In this document: positions 12,999-26,982 of the stretch, piece by piece | How the letters are laid out: each line of letters starts with the position of its first letter | Position numbering within the stretch: position 1 is the stretch's first letter | NCBI GenBank assembly: GCA_951406725.2 | Contig: OX597828.1 | Span: 41,664,001-41,728,000, forward strand | DNA: 64,000 bases | Direction: 5' to 3' | From: Octopus vulgaris | Taxonomy: Eukaryota | Program-made: the position numbers and the translations under genes | Notes under the pieces: generated by a model | Databases searched by the model: none | What the model was told of the DNA's origin: nothing | The model's input: only the letters and a program-made list of their open reading frames with translations

Positions 12999-13590
12999 CC
13001 TCTCCATCTCTCTCTCCTTTCCACACATGGAAACATCAATCACTCCCACTCACTCACTCTCTCTCACTCCTATCCCAAACTCTCTCTCTATCTCCCCCTC
13101 TTTCTCCTTCTATTTCTCTCGACACTCTCTCCTCCTCCTCCTCTGCTTCACCACTGGCTCAGTCCTGTCACACACCAATAAATACACCATTATTACCAAT
13201 TATCGAATGATAGATTCCGTTAATTATTTTATAGTCCGTCAATGTTGTTTCAAATTTCTCTAATTCACAAATTCCACATCCTCTTTAGAATTAGCGTCTT
13301 TTATTTTGTTTTAGAAAAAAAGGGGGTCTTGTTGTTGTTTTTGGTGTTGTTGTTGTTGGTTTTTCAAAAAGAATTTTTCTACACCATGTCGTTTTTGCGT
13401 TTTTTGAAAAAAATCTCACTGTATTACAAATGCATGCGCACATAAACACACATACACATACGCACGTAAACACATACACACACTGATATATTAGAATACA
13501 TATGTGTGTACTTATGTATGCATGTGTGTGCATATATGTATATATATATATATGTATATATAGATATATATATATGTATATATATATATG

Positions 13591-13641
<51 letters not shown>

Positions 13642-13705
13642 TATATATATCTGTCTATCTTTACACACATATATATATATATATAATATGTTTGTATATC
13701 TATAT

Positions 13706-13737
<32 letters not shown>

Positions 13738-13741
13738 CACA

Positions 13742-13831
<90 letters not shown>

Positions 13832-14296
13832 TGTGTGAGTGTGTGTGCATAATATATACATGTACATAGACACAATGAGAAATACATGTGTGTGTGTAAA
13901 TGTATGTCTTTATGTGTGACTGTGTGTACGGTATACACCCATGTGCACATATCTGTCTATCTATCTATACATATATACATACATATAAACATACATGTAC
14001 AAACTCACATAAGCATACATACATACATACATACATACATACATACATACATACATACATACATACTTACATACATATAAATACATGAATACATACACAC
14101 ATACACATTTACGTACATACATATATATGTACACACACATATACATGCATACGCAAACACATACAGACACACACACACATACACACATGCACGCACATAC
14201 ATACATACATACATACATACACACACATACGTACATACATACATACATACACACACATACACACATAATACATACATACATACATACATACATACA

Positions 14297-14328
<32 letters not shown>

Positions 14329-14665
14329 ATCTCTATTCAGTATTCAGTTTTCTGTAATATATTCGTTTTCTTTTTTTTTGTTTTTTATTTTATAAAATTT
14401 TTTTTTTATTCCAATAAACCATTGTTAGAATTTGACGGGTTTAATTCACAAGAGAATTTTACTAATATGCTTTCCAGAACCGACATAAATTGAATTAAAC
14501 ACGTAATAAAATAAAACAAAGGCAAACGAAATAAAATTATTTTAAATTGAATAATGGAATTTAAAAAAAAAAATTAAAAGTCTTTTTTTTTATCATTTCA
14601 ATATTAATATTATTTATTCTTATTTCCATAATAATAATAATAATAATGATAATAATAATAATAAC

Positions 14666-14750
<85 letters not shown>

Positions 14751-14774
14751 ATGATGATGATGATGATGATGATG

Positions 14775-14845
<71 letters not shown>

Positions 14846-15348
14846 CATTATTATTATTATTACTGTACATTTATTCAACATTTATTGAAAAAAAATTTTG
14901 TATTTTTACACAGAGCGAATCCTAAGCTATCACAAATAAAATCAAAGTAAAATTGTACTGCATCAAATGGCGGGGATAATGAAAAAGGGAGAGAAAAGAA
15001 ACAAAAGTAATAAAAAACAACTAAAACAAAAATACTTTCTAGCATTCACTTATGCAGTCAGTAGGGAAACAATTGTTGTTTAAATAATTATATATCACAA
15101 TATTTTATCTGATATGGGGCGGGGGGAAAAAAGCTTTGGTTGACAACATGCTCCCTTCCTAAGTTAACATATTACAAAATATTGACTGAAATGAATCTTG
15201 TGATCGCTAATTCTTTATATAACATCGTGATATCGTATTTGTTGTGGGACAGATGTGGTTTGCAGCGTACCCCCCCCCCTGTCCTTAGTAACATCTCATG
15301 AAATATTGACTAAAATAAATCTTCTGATCGCTAGTATTTTATATATTA

Positions 15349-15730
15349 CTAGCAGTATCGCCCGGCGTTGCTCGGGTTTGTAAGGGAAATAACTATATAA
15401 GCATTTTTAGAGATGTAAAGTATAATAGCCATCTCAATATGGCTAACCACAAAGGGGGGGGGGGTTACTGTAGCGTTTTACGTTCTGAGATTTAATAATA
15501 AATTTTTAGAGAGTTACTTCCCTTATATATGCCAAAAATGCATTAAAAATGGGAAAAATTGATGGTAAATTTTTTAAAATCGTAGACTCATCGTAGACGC
15601 GCGCTAATACCCAGAAGGTATACTATAAGATACCCGGTTTTGGTTAAACTGCACCGCAAAATGTGGGAGTAGTTAGGAATCTAAATCGTAGGAGACAGAC
15701 AGCACACAACCTCTCTTTTATATATAAAGA
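15349..15730 (-). mobile_element. Non-autonomous Helitron
   Basis: Minus strand starts TC(TTTATATATAAAAG) and ends in a hairpin cccgagcaacgccggg plus CTAG; inserted between A and T with no TSD. Confidence 0.88.
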
Positions 15731-15956
15731 TAATACGTATTTGCTGTGGGACAGATTTGGTTGACAACGTGTTTCCTTCCCTAGTAACAGCCGACAAAAT
15801 GCTGACTGAAATCAACATACTGGTCGCTTGTACTTTATATAATATCATGATATCGTATTTCTTGTGGGACAGACTTGATTGACAACGTATGCCCTTCCGT
15901 AGTAACATCTCACAAAAAATACTAGTGATAACCTGGCAAACCCTAGTATTTTAGAA

Positions 15957-16342
15957 GTGGAGGCGCAATGGCCCAGTGGTTAGGGCAGCGGACTCGCGGT
16001 CATAGGATCGCGGTTTCGATTCCCAGACCGGGCGTTGTGAGTGTTTATTGAGCGAAAACACCTAAAGCTCCACGAGGCTCCGGCAGGGGATGGTGGTGAT
16101 CCCTGCTGTACTCTTTCACCACAACTTTCTCTCACTCTTACTTCCTGTTTCTGTTGTAACTTGTATTTCAAAGGGCCGGCATTGTCACTCTCTGTGTCAC
16201 GCTGAATATCCCCGAGAAGTACGTTAAGGGTACACTTGTCTGTGGAGTGCTCAGCCACTTACACGTTAATTTCACGAGCAGGCTGTTCCGTTGATTCGGA
16301 TCAACCGGAACCCTCGTCGTCGTAACCGACGGAGTGCTTCCC
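15957..16342 (+). mobile_element. SINE family B, full length
   Basis: A and B boxes; 12-bp TSD agtattttagaa (15945-15956, 16343-16354). Confidence 0.95.
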
Positions 16343-16699
16343 AGTATTTTAGAACACGACATCATGTTTCTTGTGGGGCACGTTCAGTAGACATGCGCGT
16401 GTCTTGTTTGATAACTGCCCACAGAATTCTGGCTGTACCAACTTTTGACCCTCTTCAAGTAATTCTACTCTATATAATAATGACTTCTGTTTTATTTCAG
16501 AGGCGGCCTCTACACGATCGCATGCATAACTAGAAATAACAGTTAAATCTGTCTCAAATCATAACCCCATCATCTTAGAAATGGACACGATGGATAACGT
16601 AAATCTGGGATTCCAGCACACAGGGAAAACTGAAACGTGATGGTTACGGCTGGAATGCATTTGATCATAGATCTACAACATTTCATGTAGAAGGCTTCA

Positions 16700-17030
16700 A
16701 GATTTTGGTCGTCCTGAGACTGTGATAGAAGACATCTACTCGGTGCTATTGAACCCCTACATCTCGTTATTATGAATCGAGTGCTTCAACCACTCAGCCA
16801 CACTTGTGGTCTTAGGAGGCTCTTACGCAAATCATTATTCATCTTGTACTTGTTTCAGTAATTGAGCTGCGACCATACTTGGGCACAGTTTCGAAGGTAT
16901 TCATATTTCAAAGCTTGGTGCTTATTTTATCGGCCTGTTTTGTCGAGCTGCTCAGTTATGGGGACGTAAACAAACCAACTCCAGTTGTCAAGTAGTAGTG
17001 GAGGATAAGCACAAACACACACACGCACAT
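16700..17030 (-). mobile_element. Old SINE family A-related fragments
   Basis: Diverged matches to the family A head and tail. Confidence 0.55.
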
Positions 17031-17459
17031 ACATAGATATATACATCTATACGAGGCTCTCGGTAATCCATAAGTGAAGTGGACACGAAAGTCAAATTAT
17101 CTTTATTTCTCAAGCCGTGGGTTTATGCGCGCGCCCATGTGATTTGAAACCGGCGCACAAAAAAGAAATTAATGTGCACACAAAAAATTAGCTTGTACAC
17201 AAAAGGTCAATCCCCTTCAATAACGGTGCAATTATTAATAATTATAATTATCATACAGTCACTGTTATAAACATACTTTTGACTCAGAAAAAAATATATT
17301 ACGCATCATAAGATTGTAACATAGACTCATTACTGAAAATTAGAGTTAACTCGGTCCATCATCCTTAACATAGGATTAAAAGAAAGCGTTTGGTGACATT
17401 TGTTATGCTTCTGCATAGAAACACTGAGAGAAAATTTCCAGAGTGGAACAAGTTGCAAC

Positions 17460-17593
17460 TGAGTGGTTAAAAAGCTCGTTTGCAGCCACGTGGTTTTGGG
17501 TTCGATCGCACAGCGCAACATATTGGCTGTGTTCTACTATAGTCCCGGTTCGACCAAATTTTTGGTAGATGGAAACTGTGTGAAAGCCTGTTG

Positions 17594-17627
<34 letters not shown>

Positions 17628-17642
17628 AATAAATCAATCAAT

Positions 17643-17715
<73 letters not shown>

Positions 17716-17764
17716 AATCAATCTATTTATCTATACGTCTATTTACCTATCCATCTATCTATCT

Positions 17765-17805
<41 letters not shown>

Positions 17806-18512
17806 CGTTCTCTGCACTTGTAACTTAGATCAACAGCAAAAGAGAGTGGTAGACTTGAATAAAGTACAGGGTCTATTTGTTTGACAAAATCCTTAAACGT
17901 GGTGCCTTAACACTTAGTATGGCCACAGTTTAATGACTGAAACAAGTAAAAGATGAAGACTTCTTCTTGGTTCTAAATAGTGTGGAGGGCTCTTCTCAAA
18001 ATTCAAACGGGATGTGGGTATTTTCTTGTTAATTTTGATTAAGAAAGGGACGATTAAACATTCACACAAACCCTTTGACACTCTTTCGTATGTATGTATG
18101 TATGTATGTATGTATGTATGTATGTATGTATGTATGTATGCACAGTTGTGGGTGTATAATATAATAAGAAGCTTGGCACTGTGGGCAAATGTCTTTGCCG
18201 AGCAAAGCCTTGTTAGTGGATTTGGTAGCCAGGACTGTAAGAACCCCGCCTTATATGTGTGTATGTGTGTGCTGTCTGCGCGCGCGCGTGTGTGTGTGTA
18301 TTTGTGTCTGACCGCCACCACTACCTGACAACCGGTGTTTGTTTGTTTAACTCTCAGTGACTTGACCGTTCGACAAAAAAGACAAAAAACAAAAACAAAA
18401 ACAATGAAACTGGCAGAATAAGTACCAGGCTTAAAAAAACTTACTAGGGTCGAATTTCTCAACTAAACCCTTCAAGGTAGTATCCCAGCATGATCGCAGT
18501 CCAGTGACAGAA
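17460..18512 (+). mobile_element. Two diverged family A-related SINEs
   Basis: Heads and tails (..tggccacagtttaatgactgaaacaagtaaaaga; gtggatttggtag..) with internal microsatellites. Confidence 0.65.
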
Positions 18513-19091
18513 ACTAATCTGGGACAATAACCATATACTTAATGAATAAAAGAATGACTTTACAATGTTTTGAAGCCACAAGGAAAATATTGAGGAGTTG
18601 CTTAACATAATTGTTTGGCTACATACTCAAGGGAGGTAATGTCGTCTGAACAATTTTCTGCTCTGTTAGATTTCGTTAGCTGAAGTCTAACTATTGTCAT
18701 TACTCAGCAGTTACGAGATTGTAAAAATACTTGAAACGTACATTGGTTACAGGAAATGCGATTAACTGATAATTTCTTTAAAAATGTCGATAATAACATA
18801 TTTATTTAATAAAAAGAAATAGGTTTAATTATTTCTAAAGTATTTTTTTAGAAGGAGAAACAACACCAGTTGGATTAATTACGAGAGAAAATAAAATGGG
18901 GGGGGGGGAGAGAAAATGGACAGGGGGATTAGTTAACAGTATCGTTTAGCTAAGCTAGCAAGTAATTATATTTGTGTTAACATACTTGATGTGGGCAGAA
19001 ATCAAATATTTAATTAGATGTAATTACGCTGTGACGAATGAACAATATTACCTCAATGACTAATCCAATTATGACAGTACGGCTGTCACAC

Positions 19092-19520
19092 GCGAGTTGG
19101 CACAATCGTTAACACGCCGGACAAAATACTTTAGAGGTATTTCATCCGTTTCTTCCGTTCTGAGTTCAAATTCCATCGTGGTGACTTTGCCTTTCATCCT
19201 TTCTGTGTCAATGAAATAAGTACAAGTTACGCAATGGGGTCAATATTATCGACTAGCCCCCCTTCCCCCGAATTTTCAGGCCTTGTGCCTTTAATTCAGA
19301 GGATTATTATTATTGTTATTATTATTATTATTATTAAAGATTGCGACAATCTGGCAGAATCGTCTTTACGTTCTGAGTTCAAATTCCGCCAAGGTCGATT
19401 TCGTCTTTCATCCTTTTGAGGTCGATAAAATAAGTACCAGTTGAGTACTGGGGTCGATGTAATCGACTTTCCCATCCCCCGAAACTGCTGGCCCTTTGCC
19501 AAAATTTGAAATTGATATTA
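19092..19520 (+). mobile_element. Two tandem SINE family C copies
   Basis: ttctgagttcaaattcc...ctttcatcctttt..gtc.at.aaataagtac; each ends in an (ATT)n tail. Confidence 0.8.
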
Positions 19521-19901
19521 TTATAATAGTTTCATATGGTCAAAGAAAAAAAAAATGAAATCCCAGACATATTTTTGATTTTCAGGAATTCTGCTGGAGA
19601 GTCTTCCAAAATTTTTGCTGAAGACTCTGCTAAAAATCTGCAAATGTTGCTAACGGAATTGACCAATGTTAGCATCTGACTTTGGTTGATAGATAGTGTT
19701 TGCTTCTTTTTACAGTTCCTGACCCTAGCACAGAACAGACAGTTCCGCAATGAAATCAAGAAGAGAAATTTAAATTAAATGGAATGTCGTAAAACATAAT
19801 TAAATATCATAAAATATAATATTTTACGATTTCACCTTCGATCTTCCAGCAATGAACATCTACAAAATCATAGAAAGCAGACATGACAGATACGTACAGA
19901 G

Positions 19902-19945
<44 letters not shown>

Positions 19946-20275
19946 CATATAGACATATGTACATACCAAAGCATATAGATACACGTACAAACGTATATAT
20001 ACTTATGCATTCAAAATGCCTCACATATAATACTGTTATAAACCCTCTAAACACGCACCGCCACTAATACACACTTTCCTTCTCTGTCTGTCTGTCTGCC
20101 TGCTGGCCTCTTCCTCATCTCTGACACACGTACATACACAAACACATTCTGTAAAAAAACTAACTAAAAAGACTGAAATCACATCTAAAGCCCACACACT
20201 CTTATTACCAAACTCTTTCTCGTAACATAGTCAGTACACATACACGCACGAGTGTATGCATACAATAATAGCAAC

Positions 20276-20322
<47 letters not shown>

Positions 20323-20709
20323 GTGAGTATGCACGCACTTCTGTACATATTCAACACATAGATTAATATATACTCACACATAAGCATACATATTGACAGA
20401 CTTATATGCTAGTAACAGCGTGCGCACACACAAACACACATACACACACAAATACACACACAAACACACGCACACACACAAACACGCACACACACACACA
20501 CACAAACACACGCACACAAACACACGCACACACACACGCACACACAAATACACGCACACACACATACACACACGCACATGCACACACGCACATGCACACA
20601 CAAATACACGCACACACATATGTACACACGCACACGCGCGCACACACACAAACACACGTACACATACACGCAAACACACACACACACACACACTTGTTTG
20701 CACATAGAT

Positions 20710-21769
20710 CCGTATAGAGGATTTTCGAATGTTGGGACTAAATTTGACGAATTTTTTAATGTTTTGTATTCTTAAGGAACAGCTCGAAGTATTCGTGAAC
20801 AGTCAACAGCGTTGGAGAGCATAAAGATAATAAGTCATAGCTGAGAAAAATTTAGCTGACATGGAGCACTAGAAGCCATCTGAATATTGGAGAAGTGTTA
20901 CCTGTATCATAAGGATTTGAGCCGAGTATCAAACTGACGACATCATAGTTGCTGCTGAATGCTCAGTGAATACGAGACATGGACAGCGAAGCCCCGTGGT
21001 CAGCAGGAAGGAAGCAACAGGACCGGACCTTAGGCTCAAGTTAGACGCTTATCTGAAGCGACTGGAGACTGTAGTCAAACAGTGGTGATGGCGGGGAAGG
21101 GTTGCTGCTGCTGCGAAGCTATATGCGCGGTGGTAGGATTTGTCTTCATGCCACGGCTCCAGAAAAAGTCAGAAGTGGTTCACGGAGAATTTCTACAACT
21201 TCACCAGCCCCAGTTTCCAGCCGCCTAACCCCACGCCCCGATTATAATGCCAGGAGCGAGCTGGCAGAAACGTCAGCACGCCGGGCGAAATGCGTAGTGG
21301 TATTTCGTCTGTCGTTACGTTCCGAGTTCAAATTCCGCCGAGGTCGACTTTGCCTTTCATCCTTTCGGGGTCGATAAATTAATTACCAGTTACGCACTGG
21401 GGTTGATATAATAGACTTAATCCCTTTGTCTGTCCTTGTTTGTCCCCTCTGTGTTTAGCCCCTTGTGGGTAGTAAAGAAATATATAATGCCAGGAATCAC
21501 TATGTGTTGGGCACAGTTCAGAAAAAGCACCAATCGCTTTATCAGCAGCATCAAGGCCGACTTGCGATCTGAGATCTTTTCAGGAACGCAATGAGGAACG
21601 CATGCGCCTGGGTTCAGAGCCATTTTGAAGGTGTGGCCGGCTACTTTGAGCAAACTGCTTTCTCCCAACCGCAATCTAAGTTTTGGTTTTCTAAAATATC
21701 TTTATTTTCGGATTGAATATTGTGCTTTCTTTTCCTTTAATGCAAACTGTCAAATTTAACTGAAACATC

Positions 21770-21772
<3 letters not shown>
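20710..21772 (+). pseudogene. Possible highly decayed Tc1/mariner remnant interrupted by a SINE
   Basis: Weak peptide similarity (KPSEYWR, DIIVAAECSVNT; C-terminal AC...FEGVAGYFE) with many stops. Confidence 0.3.
21253..21481 (+). mobile_element. SINE family C, full length
   Basis: gcgagctggcagaaacg head through gccccttgtgggtagtaaagaaata tail. Confidence 0.92.
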
Positions 21773-21841
<69 letters not shown>

Positions 21842-21889
21842 ACACACACTCACACACACACACATATATACATATATGTATGTATGTAT

Positions 21890-22055
21890 GATTTTCTTTC
21901 TCCGTCTTCCCTTTGAACTTTTTCTATACTTCTGATGAAGGACTCCGCTCGAAACGTTAAACTCTCTTTCTTTTCTTTCCTTTCCTGAGCGTCCAATAAC
22001 ACAGTATTTGTATCACGTCCTCACGTTGTTGTTTTTTTCTAGCTTGTTCTTGCGT
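21890..22055 (+). mobile_element. PLE terminal fragment (family Z-related) with hammerhead core
   Basis: CTGATGA (21932-21938) ... gctc-GAAAcgtt, then ttcctgagcgtccaataacac as in family Z. Confidence 0.6.
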
Positions 22056-22372
22056 ACATATATATACACACACACACACACAACACGATATATATATATA
22101 TATCGCGAAAACACTTTCCCCAGTTACAGACATCTTCACCACTCACACACACATACACACATACACACACACACACAAGCACAATCACGGAATGAACGCG
22201 CCGCCCCCTCACACAGCCAGACACCCTCCCCACAATACACACAAAGTGAGATACATGCACACAACATGAACCTTGTCTAACACGACTGGCTGAGATTTCA
22301 AATCCCGCCCCTGACCTCTCTGTCACATGTGCTGATAATACAACTCTAAGAAATTAGATAGCGTATCATAGC

Positions 22373-22385
22373 AGGTCAAAGGTCA
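22373..22385 (+). promoter_or_regulatory. Perfect DR1 nuclear-receptor element AGGTCAaAGGTCA
   Basis: Exact consensus within a ~200-bp non-repetitive island. Confidence 0.4.
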
Positions 22386-22448
22386 ATGAACGTATGCAAG
22401 TGCGTGTTTGTGTATGTGTGTGTGCGTGTGTATGTGTGTGTGCTTGCT

Positions 22449-22519
<71 letters not shown>

Positions 22520-22954
22520 GTGCGTGTGTGTGTGTGTATAGATATCTAGCCATGTGCATGTATTTGACGGTGTGAACATGTAACTAGTCAATTGTGTGTG
22601 TGTGTATGCGTGTGTGTATGTGTGTGTGTGTGTGTGTGTGTATGGGTCTGTGTATATCTATGTGTGTTTTGTGTGTGCAGATAAGAATAAGGATAGTTTT
22701 GAAAAATTATAAATACCATGATAGATGTATAATACATATAACTCTCCTAGTGTGTATGTAAATACACATACATGCGCCCGCGCGTACAAACAAACAAACA
22801 AATACACACGCATCCATATACATACATATAATAATGTGTGTAAATGCATAACTAGGTGTGTGAATATATTTTTATCCGTATGTGTGTATATATATATATA
22901 TATATATCTCCATATATATGTTCGTACGTGTATATATATTTATATATATATGCA

Positions 22955-22994
<40 letters not shown>

Positions 22995-23076
22995 TGCATA
23001 TATATATATATGTTTGTGTGTATATATGTATATATATACATATATATGTATATACATATGTATATACATATATATG

Positions 23077-23136
<60 letters not shown>

Positions 23137-23219
23137 TGTGTAAATATATATATATATATATATTATAAGTTCAGTAAAAATTTGTGTGTGTGTATATATA
23201 CATACACATATATATGTAC

Positions 23220-23273
<54 letters not shown>

Positions 23274-23336
23274 CTATATATACGTATATACGCATATATG
23301 TATATCTATATCTACATCTATTTATCCGTCTCTCTT

Positions 23337-23373
<37 letters not shown>

Positions 23374-23473
23374 GTTTCTTTCTCTCTCTCTCTCTCAGTC
23401 TGTATTTATGTGTACATATGTGTTCGTGTATATATTTACGTAAGTATATGCGTGTGTGTTTGTGTTACACACA

Positions 23474-23513
<40 letters not shown>

Positions 23514-23929
23514 GACACCCCCCTCCGCACGCACACATGAGAAATACATACACCTATCACATACGTGTATAATGTATGCATTCACACGCGCGCGCTTAGG
23601 AAAACCAAAAACAAAAACAACAAACAAATTACAAAAAACAAACCACTTGAATAAAATAGAAGGATGAACCACAAGAATTAGGAGAATTAATAGAGGTTGA
23701 GGAATTGGTAAAGCATTTTTGATATGCTAGTATTGGTGTGGTGGTGATGGTGGTGGTGGTGGTGGTGGTGGTGTGTGTGTGTGTGTGTGTGGAGAGAGTG
23801 CGTTTGAGTGGGTCGTGATAGTGGTTGCGGTGGAAGGAGGTGTAATAGAAGGAGGTGAGGTAAGAGGTGAGTGGCTATAAAAGAAGAGGAAGAGGGTGAG
23901 GAAGAGGATGAGGTGGGGGAAGAAGATGA

Positions 23930-24041
23930 GGGGATACAGAAGAAGAAGAAGAAGGAGAAGAAGGAGAAGAAGGAGAAGAAGAAGAGATGATGATGCTGGC
24001 GATGAAGAGGAGGAAAAAAGATAAGGATGATGATTATGATA

Positions 24042-24082
<41 letters not shown>

Positions 24083-24299
24083 CATAAGACGATGATGATA
24101 GAAAAGTAGAAAGAGGAAAAGAAGAAGAAAAAGGAGGAGAAGAAGAAAAAGAAGATAACGATAATGATGATGATGATGATGATGAGGAGGAGGAGGAGGA
24201 GGAGGAGGAGGAGGAAGAGGTGGATGAAGATGTAGATGAGGATACAGAAGGAGGATAAGAAGACGGTGATGATAGAAGAGAAGGAGGAAAAGAAGATGG

Positions 24300-24340
<41 letters not shown>

Positions 24341-24376
24341 GTGATGATGATGCTGCTGCTGCTGTTGCTGATGATG

Positions 24377-24408
<32 letters not shown>

Positions 24409-24545
24409 GGTGATGATGATGGTGATGATGATGATGGTGATGATGATGCTGCTGCTGCTGTTGCTGATGATGATGATGATGATGACGGTGATGATGATGA
24501 TGGTGATGATGATGGTGATGATGATGATGGTGATGATGATGATGG

Positions 24546-24592
<47 letters not shown>

Positions 24593-24645
24593 GCGACGAT
24601 GACGACGATGACGATGCTACTGCACTTGCTGCTGCTGCTGATGAA
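23930..24645. repeat. (GAA)/(GAT)/(GGT) compound microsatellite
   Basis: Direct reading. Confidence 0.93.
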
Positions 24646-25136
24646 AAAGAACTGCAACAAAAAAATCTTTGAAGAGGATATAAGAGTTGGTTGTTTAATT
24701 ATTTGATCTGCCATCATGGTTCTTGTGGAGGCAGTATTGTCTTAATGAAATATTTCATTTTCCAAATATTACTCCCTCCCTGTCTGTCTGTCTCTTTCTC
24801 TCTCTCTCTCTCTCTCTTCATATATATATATATATATATATGTATACACACACATTCACGCACACACACACAAATGTATATATATATATATATACACACA
24901 CATTCACGCACACACACACAAATGTATATATATATATGAATATACCTACATACATGTATACATACATATACATACAAACATATATGTATACATACATATA
25001 CATACATACAATCATACATACATATATGCATACATACGTACATACATATACATAATAATTATATACATACATATATACATACACCTATATACATATACAT
25101 ACATACGTCATAAACACGCATATATATAATATATAC

Positions 25137-25169
<33 letters not shown>

Positions 25170-25769
25170 AGTGTGTGTGTGAGTTAGTAAAAAAATTAGT
25201 TTCACTTTAATTAAAGATAGGAAATCTAATTTGTTGGAAGGATTCATTAATTTTCTTCAATTCTAGATTAAAATGTCTGACCGTTTCCAACAGCACCAGC
25301 ACCGCCGACGACACTACTACTGCCACGGCTTCCTTTACCATCGCATTTAGATATCTCCACTATCACCAACGCCAACACCAACACCGCTATCTCTCGCACC
25401 AGCCCCAACGAGCAGCGCCAACGCCAACACCGACGCCATTATCTCTCACACACCAACTCTACTAACAACCAACACAAACAATGACAACAACGTTTAGATT
25501 CCTGTCAGAGATAAACCAAAATATATTTAGTGAAATTATAACAGCGAATGGTGTTTGGGAAGGGAAGTATGTGGTCAAACTATGTATAATAAAATGTTTG
25601 TGGTGGTGAAATTGCAGTGGTTCATTTGCTAAGAGAACGCTCATAGTTGTTTTTATTGTTTTTTTTCCTTTTCTTGTTGTTGTTACTGTATATCAACTCC
25701 CCCCACCCCTCACTCAACCCCTCTCAGTTTTGGTCAAAATTTCTTGAAAACACTTTTATTGAATATACT

Positions 25770-25915
25770 GGTAAGAAGTCTCTTTCCCAACAACATAGTA
25801 TTAGTTTCAATTCCACTGTGTGGTACCTTGGGCAAGTACATTCTGCTATATAGCCTCAGGCCGACCAAAATACTTGCGAGTGGATTTGGTAGACAGAAAC
25901 TTAAGGAAGCCCGTC

Positions 25916-25951
<36 letters not shown>

Positions 25952-26180
25952 TCGACCAAAACCTTGTGAGTGGATTTGGTAGACGGAAACTGAAAGAAGC
26001 ACGTCGTATATATGTAGATATATATATGCATAGGAATGGCTGTGTGGTAAGTAGCATGCTTATGAACCACATGGTTCCGGGTTCAGTCCCACTGCATGGC
26101 ACCTTGGGCAGCTGTCTTCTACTATAACCTCGGGCCGACCAAAGCCTTGTGAGTGGATTTGAGAGACGGAAACTGAAAGT
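25770..26180 (+). mobile_element. Cluster of three partial family A SINEs
   Basis: Three repeats of cgaccaaa..cttg.gagtggattt..agac.gaaact. Confidence 0.8.
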
Positions 26181-26369
26181 GGCCTAGCATATTGAAAAAA
26201 TCTGAAGATTCAGAAAAATTATATTACATACATATAAGAAGAGATGACCACCAAGTGGACATCCAATATGCTAGATGTAGACCCCAAATAATCTGACCAC
26301 TAAGAAAAGACTGTTCTCAAGAAAATTTACTTAGTGGTCATCCCTCTTATAATATATTATAATATAATA

Positions 26370-26707
26370 TAATCTTCCCATCGTCTTGGCTTAACAGCCC
26401 TCACCGTTTGTTTTCAATGTCCTGTTCTCACTGTCCTCTTTTTGTTACTACGTTCACCCTCCGCAAAAAGTCCCAAATTTTATTTAATTTGCTGTGCGGG
26501 AAGGATTGTTTTAACGAAGTCGCGTATTGACCTTACCTTCGAAACGCGGAGTAGATGAAGCAGGGACAACTGATGAAGGGGAATGTTCACTATGTTGCAT
26601 GTCTCATTTCTCTGGGGTTTTTTTCGTTGTTCGAAAAAAGTTCATTTTTTATGTTTTTGTTTTTGTTTTCGTTTCTCATTGTGTTTTTTTATGTCCTGTA
26701 CCCATAT
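26370..26707 (+). mobile_element. Penelope-like terminal repeat, divergent family X member
   Basis: Shares ggagtagat...acaactgatgaagg...gtcctgtacccatat with 4597-5142. Confidence 0.65.
26521..26581 (+). ncRNA. Candidate non-circularly permuted hammerhead ribozyme (best family X copy)
   Basis: cgcgT-A | ttgacc-tta-ccttc-GAA-Acgcg ... ggacaa-CTGATGA-agggg; stem III 5/5, stem I 5/6, stem II possible with G-U pairs. Confidence 0.62.
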
Positions 26708-26720
26708 ATGCATGTATATG

Positions 26721-26762
<42 letters not shown>

Positions 26763-26884
26763 GGTCCCGGGTTGAATCGGGGTTAACCACAGTAAATAAG
26801 GTACTCAATACATAGCAGAGTAAAATTAATGATGATTTCTCTTGAATGAAACAGTTCTAGTCCTGTAGAAGCTCCTTCTATATA

Positions 26885-26982
<98 letters not shown>

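Larger units (their letters stand above)
15135..16385. repeat. Degenerate ~120-bp tandem repeat (about 4-5 units) interrupted by a Helitron and a SINE
   Basis: Recurring gtattt..tgtgggacaga..tg.ttgacaacgt...tagtaaca...tgactgaaat. Confidence 0.75.

Noticed and set aside
19532-19760. Possible host exon after a tttcag acceptor-like site
   Set aside because: No recognisable peptide, early stop and no convincing donor.
19786-19830. Posterior-Hox/Cdx-like motifs (gtcgtaaaa, cataaaa, ttttacga)
   Set aside because: Short AT-rich motifs expected by chance without conservation data.
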